Below are positions 18,127 to 28,881 of a stretch of 64,000 nucleotides of DNA, piece after piece (the stretch's first letter is position 1; the number at the start of each line of letters is the position of its first letter). Origin of the DNA: Candidatus Paceibacter sp. (GTDB taxonomy: Bacteria; Patescibacteriota; Patescibacteriia; Magasanikbacterales; UBA922); assembly GCA_020725175.1 (NCBI GenBank), contig DYFM01000002.1, forward strand, positions 36,880-100,879, read 5' to 3'. The notes under the pieces are model-generated. The model did no database searches and had not been told where the DNA came from. It worked only from the letters and a program-made list of their open reading frames with translations. Both the position numbers and the translations under genes were made by a program.

Positions 18127-18681
18127 ATGGTAATTACACCAAAAAAACAATTGATTTTGTTTAATCTGGTAATGATTCTTGTGGCAGTAGGAATAATCGC
18201 CCTGGTTGTTGTACCATATGTTGGTAGTATAGGTGATATGCGTCAAGATATTGCGTCCACTCAAGAAACACTGGAGGCCAGACGTGCCCATGTGGTAGAG
18301 TCGCGGCGATCCATTCAGGAATTACCGGCGGTAGAAGAATCAGTAAAAAAATATCAAGAAATGACCATTCGAGTTGGGGATGAGTTGGCGGTAATTACCA
18401 CCTTCGAGCGGTTGGCAGCTGAGCACGGTATAGAGCAGCAGCTATTACCTTCGTTTGTTGAACAAAAAGGCGGAAAACAGCAACATCCGTATCCTTACTA
18501 TGAATTTCAATTTGTTAATAGTGGTACGTATGAACAGCATGTGAAATACCTGCGTTCGTTAGAGCTCTTGCCATATTATGTGATGATTGATAGTATGCAG
18601 TTTGAACGTGCAAAGGGAAAGCAAGGAGACTCTCCTGATCTTATTACTCGATTTACCGCCCGTGTCTATGCGACTCCGTAA
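18127..18681 (+). CDS. PilO-like protein
   Basis: TM, coiled coil, G.Y......L..LE.LP; position after pilN. Confidence 0.7.
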   Translation: MVITPKKQLILFNLVMILVAVGIIALVVVPYVGSIGDMRQDIASTQETLEARRAHVVESRRSIQELPAVEESVKKYQEMTIRVGDELAVITTFERLAAEHGIEQQLLPSFVEQKGGKQQHPYPYYEFQFVNSGTYEQHVKYLRSLELLPYYVMIDSMQFERAKGKQGDSPDLITRFTARVYATP

Positions 18682-19060
18682 AAAATCATCCACCAACGTT
18701 CCACCAAGTGGATTTCAAAAAGAGCTGCAGCGGCTCCAATTGGTGCTTTTGGTATCGTTAACTGTTATTTTACTCCTTGGTATTGGTGCTTCGGTGTATG
18801 TGTATCGGTTGATTTATACATCGCTTAGTCAAGTTCAAGAAATTGTAGCTCAAAAAAGCGCACTCTCTGCGGCGATTATTGATTTTAATAGGTATGAAGA
18901 GGTGGAGAAAAAATGGAATGATAAGTATATGACAAACGCAGTGGTAGCTGGAAGAAATCCATTTATTGACGCACCGATCACAGTACCGTTTGTAGAAACT
19001 GCGACCACCACTATAAGTACTAGCACTGATACAGTGGTACAAGTTGAGGAGCGAGGATGA
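18668..19060 (+). CDS. Single-TM pilus-operon protein (PilP position)
   Basis: TM segment, RNPF motif, overlaps pilO-like stop. Confidence 0.55.
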   Translation: MRLRKKSSTNVPPSGFQKELQRLQLVLLVSLTVILLLGIGASVYVYRLIYTSLSQVQEIVAQKSALSAAIIDFNRYEEVEKKWNDKYMTNAVVAGRNPFIDAPITVPFVETATTTISTSTDTVVQVEERG

Positions 19061-19092
19061 TGTTTTTTTTCAGGAATATTTTACTGTAATGT

Positions 19093-20220
19093 ATGCAACT
19101 ATTGTTTCAGTTGGGGCGAGAACCAAACTTATCGAAGGCAGAAATTTTTGCCATTTTTCAACAAAAACATATTTCCTTTGATATCCTCTCTCTCGAGAAG
19201 GATCTTTTGTTACTTGAAACCGACCACACTGTTTCGGCAACAGACCTGATGCGACGTTTGGCCGGAGTCGTGAAAATAAGTGAACGGTTATTTGAGCACG
19301 AGGCGAGCGTTCTTGGAATTGCAACGTACTTGTTTATTGCTGTACCGGAGGGGAAGATTGAATTTTCTTTGTCCGGATCAGGTGTAGGAAAAACGGCACT
19401 GCAGGTCAAAAAAATGTTGAAAGAGCGCGGTCGATCGGTTCGGTATATTGAACCAAAAAATACCGCTACAATTTTGCATAATAAACTCGTCGAGAAGAAA
19501 ACCGATCTTACGCTGTTCAAGAATGCCTTGTTTGTCACCCGAGCAATTCAGCCGATTGAGGAACTTAGTGAACGCGATTTTGGGCGTCCCGGTTTTGATG
19601 CCAAGAGTGGAATGTTACCTCCAAAACTGGCTCGAATGATGATCAATCTGTCCGGCGCCAAACCAACCGACACCCTGCTTGATCCCTTTTGTGGTTCCGG
19701 GACGGTATTGACCGAAGCATTGCATCTCGGTATCCATCGAATCGTAGGAAGTGATGCCTCGGAAAAAGCTGTTTCTGACACTAAACAAAATATCGTTTGG
19801 ACCAAAGAACAGTTTCATATTTCCGGTGTCGAGGCTGAGGTGATAGTTGCAAAAGCGGAAGCGTTGAAAGAATATTTGAAACCAAACAGCATCGATGTAC
19901 TTGTTTCCGAACCGTATTTGGGAAAACCGCTCAAAGGGAATGAATCGGCAGCTTTTTTACAAAAACAAGTGGAAGATCTTAGGCAATTATACTTTGCCGC
20001 TTTTTCATCATTTGCTTCAATCTTAAAACCGGGTGGTAAAGTTGTTTTTGTTATCCCACAGTTTCGGGTAAACGGCTCGTGGCTCATGATTGATTGTGTA
20101 GAAGAAATACAACAACTTGGTTTTACACTGTCTCCTCTGCTGGATACTGATCCATCACTTCTGTACTGGCGACCTGATCAGTTGGTGGGGCGGGGTGTTT
20201 GGCGGTTTGTTAGGGAGTGA
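19093..20220 (+). CDS. RNA methyltransferase, Trm11/Trm14-like
   Basis: GMLPPKLARMMINL, LLDPFCGSGT, EPYLG. Confidence 0.8.
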   Translation: MQLLFQLGREPNLSKAEIFAIFQQKHISFDILSLEKDLLLLETDHTVSATDLMRRLAGVVKISERLFEHEASVLGIATYLFIAVPEGKIEFSLSGSGVGKTALQVKKMLKERGRSVRYIEPKNTATILHNKLVEKKTDLTLFKNALFVTRAIQPIEELSERDFGRPGFDAKSGMLPPKLARMMINLSGAKPTDTLLDPFCGSGTVLTEALHLGIHRIVGSDASEKAVSDTKQNIVWTKEQFHISGVEAEVIVAKAEALKEYLKPNSIDVLVSEPYLGKPLKGNESAAFLQKQVEDLRQLYFAAFSSFASILKPGGKVVFVIPQFRVNGSWLMIDCVEEIQQLGFTLSPLLDTDPSLLYWRPDQLVGRGVWRFVRE

Positions 20221-20396
20221 TTTGTTTAATTTGGTTTATCAAAGATTGATTCCTTTAAAAAAACACATCCGCGAATTCAATTGGATTACACAGATCTATT
20301 TTAGGATTCAAAACGAGATTCTGTTTTTTCCAGATGTATTTGGGAGGAGAGCTTCATTCGATATCCTATTGTTTTAGGAAGAGACTATAATTGGGT

Positions 20397-21191
20397 ATGA
20401 ATTATCTATTGCACTTTAAAGTAAAATTGCTTGTGTTACAGCTATTTGTAGTTTTACTTGTAGGGTGCGGAAATGAGTTGGAAGACCGTGGTAATGGTGG
20501 TATCTTGTCTTCGGGAGTTCCTGTTGAAGAAAATCTGCCAATAAAACAGGAAGAGAAGCAAGCTTTCTAAAAAACAGTACGTTCTTTGGACGATGTTGGA
20601 GAATTGCGAGATGGCATATTTAGTTTCAATGAAAAAGCCGGTCTAGTGGGAGTGGAGTTTCAAGATGTCTTTGATTTTACATCTGAGACAAAGTGGACAA
20701 ACATTGAAACAGCAGACGTTCGTTTAGCAATTCCATTTTCTCCAGAATGGAATATCGCCAGTACACCTCTCTCGGCTTTTGATGTGGGTGTTATACCTTA
20801 TTATTATAATGAAACAGAAGTGGTGATGGTTCCCTTTATCAGATTTGGTAAATTTGTATCTAGCTTTACGTATGCAGCGAGAGAATATTATCTGCAAATT
20901 GTTCCGAAAGATAGAATAATAAGTGGGCCCATCACGACACTACAGCAGTACGCCGTTGAACAGTGTCCGTTTGAGGGAGTAGAACCGCCTACATTAGTTA
21001 GCATTGGTCGCTATTCGGGTGTTACCTATCTTTATGGAGGTTCAAAAGGATGTGTTACGGACTTTTCGAGTATTGTGAGAGATCAGGTTTTATTTCTCTA
21101 CCAACGACCATGGAGAGCGGCTGGTGCTGAGGGTAAACATGAGGTACCAAAAAAAATGAGGAAAATTATTGAGAGTATACGGTTGAAGTGA
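20397..21191 (+). pseudogene. Putative lipoprotein interrupted by in-frame TAA at 20568
   Basis: Signal peptide with LVGC lipobox is in frame with ORF 20586-21191. Confidence 0.6.
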
Positions 21192-21249
21192 TTGATTGTT
21201 ATATATTGGTATTTGTTGTAAAGTGCAGCGGTTTGTTAACAATAGAGTA

Positions 21250-21289
21250 AAAAATGTAAAGACGCGAAGTATCGCGTCTTTACATTTTT
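21250..21289. terminator. Bidirectional terminator
   Basis: AAAAATGTAAAGACGCGA-AGTA-TCGCGTCTTTACATTTTT between convergent genes. Confidence 0.85.
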
Positions 21290-21727
21290 TACACCGTCAC
21301 CTCACCCACAAAAGAAGTATCAATATTCTTCTGAATGTCTTCTCGAGACGTATGCTGTTGACCAAGTAACCACATCAGTTTTACTTGCGCCATCACATCA
21401 GTCATGTCTCGAGCAGAAATAGCACCAGCCTCAAGTGCTTGGACAGCCGGTTCATCGTTTACTTCTTTGAATGCATTTCCGCCAATAAATTTTGTCGTAA
21501 TGAGAACCGGAATACGGTAGTGTTCAACTGCCTTATGGATAAGTGGTAAAAATGAATACCCTCCAATTGTTGGAACTGACCCAGCGCCATGAGATTTGAG
21601 CAATAAGCCCTTGCAGCGACCAGATTTTAACACTTCTTCAATCAAACTCGGCAACATTCCTGGTACCAAATCAATGTTAAGAACACTCGATGGTGCCCCC
21701 ATATCCGATAACAAGAATTTTTTTCAT
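21289..21727 (-). pseudogene. Asparaginase/glutaminase with large internal deletion
   Basis: MKKILVIGYGGTI joined out of frame to the C-terminal domain (KGLLL.S.GAG.VP, DMT..A..KLMWLLG). Confidence 0.8.
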
Positions 21728-21732
21728 ACCAA

Positions 21733-22455
21733 TTATTTTAACCAATACAAATCGACCACCTGCCCCACACCATATCCAACCGCTCCGGCCAGACTGGCAA
21801 GAGTAAGCATTTCAAGACCGGCTTTCCACCAAGAGCGATGCGAGTAGCGGGTTGTAGCAACACCAAGGAAAAATAGTCCGGCAAGCGTAACAACAATTGA
21901 AACTGGTAAGGCAACGCCGATGGTCAGGAGTAGATATGGTAACAATGGAATAGAACCACCAATGATATATGCCACGCCCATCACGAGGGCGTTTTTCTTT
22001 GGTGATTCTTCTACATCTGGAAATACTTTTAGCTCTCGATAAGCCATTTCTTTGAGAAACAGTTCTTTGTTCTTTGCGGCCGTCTCAGCCATTTCGGTTG
22101 CCAAAACCTTCGGCCATCCATCGGCAACATACATACCAATCAATTCTTCCTTTTCTTCTTCTGGATATTGATGAATTTCCATTCGTTCTTCTTTGAGTTT
22201 GCGTTTGTCAATTGATTGCTCTGATTTTGATGATAGATATGAGCCGACTGCCATAGAGATGGACTCCACGGAAATAATGACGAGGCCGGAGAGCGTGACG
22301 GTAAAAGGATCCTGGGTGGCGGTAGCAATACCAGTGATAGCCCCAAACGTTGATACCATTCCATCTTCCATACCAAAAACTGCCTCACGAATGAGGGAGG
22401 TATCTACTTGCTTTTGGTGATGGAGATATTGTTTGTGATAGTCGTGGCGGGGCAT
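21733..22455 (-). CDS. VIT1/CCC1 iron/manganese transporter family
   Basis: REAVFGMEDG, SMAVGSYLS.KSE, IPLLPY. Confidence 0.9.
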   Translation of the reverse strand: MPRHDYHKQYLHHQKQVDTSLIREAVFGMEDGMVSTFGAITGIATATQDPFTVTLSGLVIISVESISMAVGSYLSSKSEQSIDKRKLKEERMEIHQYPEEEKEELIGMYVADGWPKVLATEMAETAAKNKELFLKEMAYRELKVFPDVEESPKKNALVMGVAYIIGGSIPLLPYLLLTIGVALPVSIVVTLAGLFFLGVATTRYSHRSWWKAGLEMLTLASLAGAVGYGVGQVVDLYWLK

Positions 22456-22536
22456 ATGAAAATATGTATATGTAGCGTGTGGCATTACTGTAGTTTATAG
22501 TATATTCTGATCCCTCGTTATCTGCAAGTAGGGGTG

Positions 22537-23460
22537 TTATAACATTGCAATCCAAAACGGCACCGTAATGACCGATAAAACAGTACTGAGCACAATCGCG
22601 CGAGCGATAAATTGTTTTTCTAGCCGATACTGATCCGCAAGGGCAAAAGGGGTGATGGCCAGCGGCATGGCTGCATCAATGACTGAAGCGGTGTGGGTGG
22701 AAAGAGAAAAACCGGTGATAAAAAGAAATACAATAAATAGACCAGGAAGCAGGAGAAGCGTGAACAAAGAAAATATACCAACCGGAATCCATTCCTTAAT
22801 TTTACCGATTGATGAGCTCCCGATAAAAATTCCAATTACCACCAGTACTACCGGTGTGACCGAGGAAGCGAGCATATCAATTGCGGAGACGATTGCTTTT
22901 GGGATCGGGAGATGAAAAAAACTTATGCCAATACCGATAACTGCAGCCAGCAAGATAGGATTGATAGCGATTTTTTTTAGTGTCTCTTTGGCAGCATGTT
23001 GATGGCTACCGTGTAAAGAATATTCGAGATAACCTATTGCAATGGTGAAAACGAGAAACAAGTACACAGCAATCAAAATACTCGCAGTCGGCAATGCCTT
23101 CTCACCAAGTACCGAATAAATAATCGGAACACCTAAAAAAGCCACGTTACCAAATGGTGCGCATAGAAACAGTGTTCGGCGCAACGGTTTCTTGAGTCGT
23201 AGAAGATAGGAAAAAAGTAGTGTGAGTAAAAAAACACTTAGAATAAATATTGCGTTGACAAGGATCGTGGTTCCATCTTTTGTAAGAGAGAAAGTATGTT
23301 TTGAAAGAGTGGAAAGTACTAGCGCCGGTAGACCAACAGATAAGGCAAAGGCATTGAGTGGACCAGCCCAGTGTTCTTTGATAAGTTTAAGCTTTACCAG
23401 AAGAGCACTCCCAAATATAATGAGGAAGAGCGGGGTAATGGTGAGGAGGGTTTGGAACAT
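22537..23460 (-). CDS. AEC-family (malate permease-like) transporter
   Basis: LPALV, FGNVAFLGVP, NPILLA, AMPLA, STVLS; ~10 TMs. Confidence 0.88.
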   Translation of the reverse strand: MFQTLLTITPLFLIIFGSALLVKLKLIKEHWAGPLNAFALSVGLPALVLSTLSKHTFSLTKDGTTILVNAIFILSVFLLTLLFSYLLRLKKPLRRTLFLCAPFGNVAFLGVPIIYSVLGEKALPTASILIAVYLFLVFTIAIGYLEYSLHGSHQHAAKETLKKIAINPILLAAVIGIGISFFHLPIPKAIVSAIDMLASSVTPVVLVVIGIFIGSSSIGKIKEWIPVGIFSLFTLLLLPGLFIVFLFITGFSLSTHTASVIDAAMPLAITPFALADQYRLEKQFIARAIVLSTVLSVITVPFWIAML

Positions 23461-23501
23461 AAACGAAATAGCGAAACAAGAAATAATGAAATAGTTTGTT
23501 G

Positions 23502-24455
23502 TTATTGGTTTGAATGTTTTGTAACCAAACTACGTTGTTCGGCATTTCGCGTGATGCAGAGGTGTTTCAGCTTGCGTTCTGACTTTGGTTTTAACGAAGC
23601 TACTTCTCTCAGTTTTTTCAGCGACAGTGGAAATATTTCCTTATTTGTGTCATAAAAAAATACTTCATGACCAATAAGAAAATTGGCAAACGCGCCAGGG
23701 AGAAAATCCCATACTTTGAGTGAACGTCGCAAAAAAATATCTGTTCGGTTTTCTGTCATATAACGAAGAGCGACAGAAGCACTGGGAATCATGTGAAATG
23801 TGATATCTTGTTCTGTTGGGAGAAGGTGTTCAACTCCACTGAGTTTTTCCTGATGTGTCTCAGTACTTGCGCTTACATTGACACGTAAAGAAGAGGACAC
23901 CTCTTGTGAAGTATGTGACATGTTGCTAATATCTTCTTCGGCTGAGACAGCAATGGTAATACAATTATTTATAGGCTCCCAAATGAGCGAAAAGCCGTCT
24001 TGAACTTTTTCGTCTGTAATAGTAAACCGAGAAAAAACATGACAACAATCCTGTTTCCCTTCAGCGTATGGTTTGGTACCGTCAATGGGGTCAAACACTA
24101 TTACTCCTTTGGGATCATCTACTAGAGTCGTTTCTCTTTCCTCATCTATAATGAGATCATCGGGGAAATGAGTTGAAATGTACCGATAAACTTGTTTCGT
24201 AATTTCCAAATCTCCTGCAGTAACAATACTTGATGAAACAGCACTTCCGACTTCACAGCCATGGTATTTGTAAAAAATCTCGGTAATTTTTGGGAGAAGT
24301 TTGAGATAGGAGATAAGGTGCTCGACATGGTTTCCGTTCAGCTCATCCGTTGCTTTTTTTGCTACCAACAACAACCGAGGCGGACCGCTTGGAGCATCTT
24401 TGAAAAGTGAACGAACTGTTTGTTCTATGTTGTAGTAGAGTGGGTGGGGAGGCAT
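23502..24455 (-). CDS. Inositol monophosphatase/CysQ superfamily protein
   Basis: VT.GD, DEE, FDPIDGT, WD motifs; divergent. Confidence 0.75.
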   Translation of the reverse strand: MPPHPLYYNIEQTVRSLFKDAPSGPPRLLLVAKKATDELNGNHVEHLISYLKLLPKITEIFYKYHGCEVGSAVSSSIVTAGDLEITKQVYRYISTHFPDDLIIDEERETTLVDDPKGVIVFDPIDGTKPYAEGKQDCCHVFSRFTITDEKVQDGFSLIWEPINNCITIAVSAEEDISNMSHTSQEVSSSLRVNVSASTETHQEKLSGVEHLLPTEQDITFHMIPSASVALRYMTENRTDIFLRRSLKVWDFLPGAFANFLIGHEVFFYDTNKEIFPLSLKKLREVASLKPKSERKLKHLCITRNAEQRSLVTKHSNQ

Positions 24456-24654
24456 GGGGTGGAATTTTGAAGTTTTAAGTTTTAAGTTTGAATTTGCCTG
24501 CAACCATAGCTGTGTTCAGGGCGGGTAAGTAGCTCGTCAAAACTGGGTGGGAGTGGATTGTAGTGAAACATTGTTCAATTACTTTTTTGTTTTCTTGTTT
24601 TTTCTCTTTTTTCTATTGTAACAAAAAAGACCTCGCTTGAGGAGGTCTTCTGTC

Positions 24655-25734
24655 TTATGTCGCCACATGAAAATAGCAAACATCACCATCTTGCACAACA
24701 TAATCTTTCCCAACCAACTTCATTTTTCCTTGTTCCTTTACACCATTCCAGCCGCCAGCTTCTACAAATTCTTTCCAGTTGGCAACATCTGCTTTGATAT
24801 ACCCCTTGATAAAATCGGTATGAATGACTCCGGCTGCCTGTGGTCCAAGTGTTCCCGCCGGACAGGTCCACGCGCGAGTTTCTTGCACACCCGAAGTGAT
24901 AAAGGTAATAAGGTTGAGCAGTTTGTATCCGGCGAGGATTATTTTGTCTAGCCCGGACTGTTCCATGCCGAGATCTTTCATAAACTCTTTGGCATCTTCG
25001 AGTGATAGTTCGCCCAGTTCGGCTTCTGTCTTGGCAGAAACGTACACGTGGGGCACTCCCTCCTCAATAATGGTTTTTTGTTCCTGGCTGGTTGCCTCTT
25101 GATCATCAACATTCACCACATACATCATTGGTTTCATTGTTAGTAAATGCAAATCTCGCACTAGTGATAATTCATCTTCGTTCCATTCTAGTTGTCGAGC
25201 TGGTCGTCCGGCTTGTAAATGTGCGTCGAGGCGAGTGAGTACTTCTATTTCTGTTTTGACTTCCTTTGGAATAACACCTTTGGCTTTCCCTTGGGCAGTC
25301 TTTAGACGTTTTGACACGGTTTGCCAGTCCGCCAACACCAATTCTAGGTTGATAATATCCGCGTCATCTTTTGGATCTACTCTATTTTGAACATGAGTAA
25401 CGTTACTATCAGAAAAAGCTCGCACTACTTGGGCGATGGCATCTACTTCACGAATGTGTGACAGAAACTTATTACCCAAGCCCTCTCCTTCGCTCGCGCC
25501 CTTTACTATGCCGGCGATATCAATGAACTCGATAGCAGTAGGAATAATTTTGGCTGCTTTGGAAACTTTCGCGAGGGGGGCAAGACGTTCATCCGGTACC
25601 TCAACCACGCCCACGTTTGGTTCAATGGTACAAAACGGATAATTTTGCGCGTCGGCTTGTTTGCTTCTGGTCAGAGCATTGAATAGTGTTGATTTTCCGA
25701 CGTTGGGGAGACCGACGATACCGATGGAGAGCAT
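24655..25734 (-). CDS. ychF: Ribosome-binding ATPase YchF
   Basis: GIVGLPNVGKSTLFNALT, NYPFCTIEPN, DIAG.VKGAS.GEGLGNKFL, AAGVIHTDF. Confidence 0.97.
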   Translation of the reverse strand: MLSIGIVGLPNVGKSTLFNALTRSKQADAQNYPFCTIEPNVGVVEVPDERLAPLAKVSKAAKIIPTAIEFIDIAGIVKGASEGEGLGNKFLSHIREVDAIAQVVRAFSDSNVTHVQNRVDPKDDADIINLELVLADWQTVSKRLKTAQGKAKGVIPKEVKTEIEVLTRLDAHLQAGRPARQLEWNEDELSLVRDLHLLTMKPMMYVVNVDDQEATSQEQKTIIEEGVPHVYVSAKTEAELGELSLEDAKEFMKDLGMEQSGLDKIILAGYKLLNLITFITSGVQETRAWTCPAGTLGPQAAGVIHTDFIKGYIKADVANWKEFVEAGGWNGVKEQGKMKLVGKDYVVQDGDVCYFHVAT

Positions 25735-26037
25735 AATTTGGTTTATTAGTTGAATGGTTTATTAGAGTGCGTTAAAATCATTTCGCTTATTTTTGCAGCT
25801 CTAGTTTGGGAACTTTATCAGAGAATGAGAGAAAAATCAATACAACGTTCATGAACGTGAAAATAAGAAACACAACCCATGAACAGCTGTGTTTCTTTGT
25901 ATACAAGATAACTCTCACTTTTCAAGAGAGGTTTGAGAATAACTATATATGGGAGTTTTGGTAATACTAGATACAACTAGACTAATAAAAAAACGGACCC
26001 AAATGATCCGTTTTTTGTATAGTATGGTGTATACAAG

Positions 26038-26172
26038 TTATGCATTACCACCTTCTGTTGGTTGAGCAGGCTCTTCAGCTGGTGTTTCAGTGGCCGGAGC
26101 TGGATTTGAAGCCGGAGCTTGTGTTTCTTCTGCACCTGAAGTTACTGGTGCCTGTGATTGTGTATCTTCCAT
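26038..26172 (-). CDS. 44-aa acidic Pro/Ala/Glu-rich small protein
   Basis: MEDTQSQAPVTSGAEETQAPASNPAPATETPAEEPAQPTEGGNA, followed by hairpin terminator at ~25987-26015. Confidence 0.55.
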   Translation of the reverse strand: MEDTQSQAPVTSGAEETQAPASNPAPATETPAEEPAQPTEGGNA

Positions 26173-26285
26173 ATGGTTATATGGTTAGAAATAAAGAAAT
26201 ATGAGTGGTCGTGAGTGATTACACCGTATCATGGGTGAGTGGAGGCGTCAAATGCGAATTATTTAAACAGAGAGGTGTTTTCGTC

Positions 26286-27692
26286 TTAATTTACAACATA
26301 ATTTTTATAGTCTCGCAACAACCCTTTCCAATTTTCAAGTGGCTGTGAAATAAGAATGGGGACTAGTTGTTTTCTTTGTTCTTCCTCAAGATTTTCGAGA
26401 TTCTTAAAAATGCTAAGTCCCTCTTTAATAAGGCTTGATACAGTATTATCAAACTCATCAATTTGTTTATTAACTTGACGAAAAGAAGAAGATATTTCGT
26501 CGTCTTGGTCCTTACTTGTATCTACCCCGAATACATCAAGGAAGCCGGAAAAGTCTTTTCTATGTTTTGGATTACTTATTCTTAAAATCTCTGTTAGCTG
26601 CCTTTCTTCTAAAACAGAAAATACGAACCCTTCAAAAGCGGTTTTTATTTTTAAAATTTTTTCTTTAAGAAACATAACATATCTTGGGAGCAGATCATTT
26701 ATTTCGTCAAAATCAGTATCGCTTAAGTAAAATGCAAGTAACTCTTCTTTTACAATGGACTCACTTGCACTTTTCTTAAAATTTTTAATTACGCGAGAAG
26801 CATTGTCAACACATTCCTGTAATGTTTTTCTTACAACGTCAACAATTGTTTTTAGCTCATCTTCGGTAACTAGTCGGTCGTAGATTTCTTGGCGTATATC
26901 ACCAGTTAAATAAGTTATATTATATTTTGATTTTTCCTCATCATGAGCTTTTTTTATTTTTTCGGTTATGTCTTGTAGAGAGTGTTGAGCTCTTTCGATT
27001 GTGTCAGCAACATCAGTTGGTATAGAAGAAGCTTCAAGAAATTTTGTTAATCTTGGTCTATGATATAACGAGTTCCTAGCGTGTTGTTGCTCGTGTTTTA
27101 GTACACGAGTAGGGCTCTCATCTGCTTCTTCACTTTTTAAGCGACTGTTATTGAGTACGATCACAGCGCCATTGGCTTCACCTAACCGTGGGTTTCTAAA
27201 AAAAACACCTTTTGGAATTTGTGAGAGCTCTCCCTCGATTGCATCGAGGGGTATGCTTTCTTTAGCCGCTTCTTGAACATGATCGGTATTTAGATCCAAT
27301 GTTTGTAAAACATCTGCAGGAGAGTCACATAATAAGATAATTGCGTCACTGTGTGGATCTTCTAACAAAGTTACATCTCTAAAGGTGCCGGACTTGCTAA
27401 AAATAGTTTTAAATATTTCTTGTGCGTAGGTTTCTGGAAACTCCTCTTTAGCAACCTCTATAGTTCTTTTAACAAATTGCCTTCTTCTATATAATTCTTC
27501 TACCGCTTCAAGAAAATAGGATTCCTGCCGTGGCGAAAGACGTTTTTGTTTAATTGTATCTATAACATGTTCTTTCTGAGCATCTGAGGAAAGCAATGAC
27601 TCTATTTCAACTACGAAGTTACTAAACTGTACCAACTGATCGATGTTTGATGAAGCTAATCTATCTGTTGAGTCAAACTTACGCATAAACAT
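26286..27692 (-). CDS. Hypothetical protein with HExxH motif
   Basis: 468-aa ORF; LKHEQQH and later EELLAF. Confidence 0.6.
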   Translation of the reverse strand: MFMRKFDSTDRLASSNIDQLVQFSNFVVEIESLLSSDAQKEHVIDTIKQKRLSPRQESYFLEAVEELYRRRQFVKRTIEVAKEEFPETYAQEIFKTIFSKSGTFRDVTLLEDPHSDAIILLCDSPADVLQTLDLNTDHVQEAAKESIPLDAIEGELSQIPKGVFFRNPRLGEANGAVIVLNNSRLKSEEADESPTRVLKHEQQHARNSLYHRPRLTKFLEASSIPTDVADTIERAQHSLQDITEKIKKAHDEEKSKYNITYLTGDIRQEIYDRLVTEDELKTIVDVVRKTLQECVDNASRVIKNFKKSASESIVKEELLAFYLSDTDFDEINDLLPRYVMFLKEKILKIKTAFEGFVFSVLEERQLTEILRISNPKHRKDFSGFLDVFGVDTSKDQDDEISSSFRQVNKQIDEFDNTVSSLIKEGLSIFKNLENLEEEQRKQLVPILISQPLENWKGLLRDYKNYVVN

Positions 27693-28025
27693 GAATTATA
27701 AAATGTAAAATTAGTTTTTTATCAAATACTTGAAAAGTGTATAATCATTGAGTAAAAGAGTCTGTTTACAAGCAAGTATCTTAGTGCAGATAAGGTGATA
27801 TCAATGGATTATTACATGACAAGCCTTCATTTTTTGTAATACTGAGGATGGTTTCTTGTTGTAAAAAATATGCGGCACCTAACTATTTGTTAGAAGTGTT
27901 CTGTTAGGTGCGTTAAGAGGCCATTCATTGGTTAAAATTTGTAATGGAGAAATTTTATATATAATAGCAAAAACAAAAGAAAAAACAAGATGTGCTTTCT
28001 ATTTTGTTGATATTCTGTTTTATAC

Positions 28026-28054
28026 TTGACAAAACAACAGTATTTTGTTATATT
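28026..28054 (+). promoter_or_regulatory. Sigma70 promoter of rpsF
   Basis: TTGACA-17 nt-TATATT with extended TG. Confidence 0.75.
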
Positions 28055-28127
28055 TTCGCCAATATCAGCGCAGCTTACAGGTCGGTGTAAGCAATCAATC
28101 GTTAACCTATTTGAACTATAATATCGT

Positions 28128-28697
28128 ATGCAACAGTACGAGCTTTTGATCGTATTGCCGGGCACCATGGCAGAAGACGAGGCGGCCGCAGTCAAAGACC
28201 AATTGGCTGAGATCGTTACTAGTCAAGAAGCTGTCAACCTTACGGTAGAAGACCGAGGAAAGAGTCGTTTGGCGTACCCAATGAAGCATATCCGTTATGG
28301 ATACTTCTACTTTTTCCGATTTTCGGCTGAAACCACTCAGGTACCGGTCATTCAAGAAAAAATCCGACTTACCGGAAAGACACTTCGCTCCATTGTGAGT
28401 AAATATAGTCCGGAATTAGTAGAAAAAAACAAGGAAATGATCGCCAAGATGGTGAGCACGGTAGCTCCGGCTATCGATAAAGAAGAGGAAGAAGAGGTGG
28501 AAGAAGTATCAGTAAAACCGGAGAAAAAAGCACCGGAACCGACATCGGCTAAAGTAGAAGTAAATGAAGAGGTTTCTTTGGATACTTCAGAAAAGGTTGA
28601 GGAAGAAAAGCCAAAGAAAAAAGCTGCTAAAAAACAGCCGGTGACAATGGAAGAGATTGATGAGAAGTTGAACGAAATTTTGGATGGATCGTTGTAA
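28128..28697 (+). CDS. rpsF: 30S ribosomal protein S6 with long charged C-terminal extension
   Basis: YEL, G..RLAYP, GYFY; rpsF-ssb-rpsR order. Confidence 0.93.
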   Translation: MQQYELLIVLPGTMAEDEAAAVKDQLAEIVTSQEAVNLTVEDRGKSRLAYPMKHIRYGYFYFFRFSAETTQVPVIQEKIRLTGKTLRSIVSKYSPELVEKNKEMIAKMVSTVAPAIDKEEEEEVEEVSVKPEKKAPEPTSAKVEVNEEVSLDTSEKVEEEKPKKKAAKKQPVTMEEIDEKLNEILDGSL

Positions 28698-28881
28698 TAA
28701 AGAATAAAATTAAGGCTAAGATTAAGATTGAGAATGAGAATGAGAATGGGAATAGGTGATGGTTGGCCTGATGGGGAAAATAGAACGTATAGATATCATT
28801 ATACTTCTGTTGATAATTGATTTGAAACATGATAGCATAACTGTACCATATTCTTTATCTTAATTCTTTAACCTAAATTCT

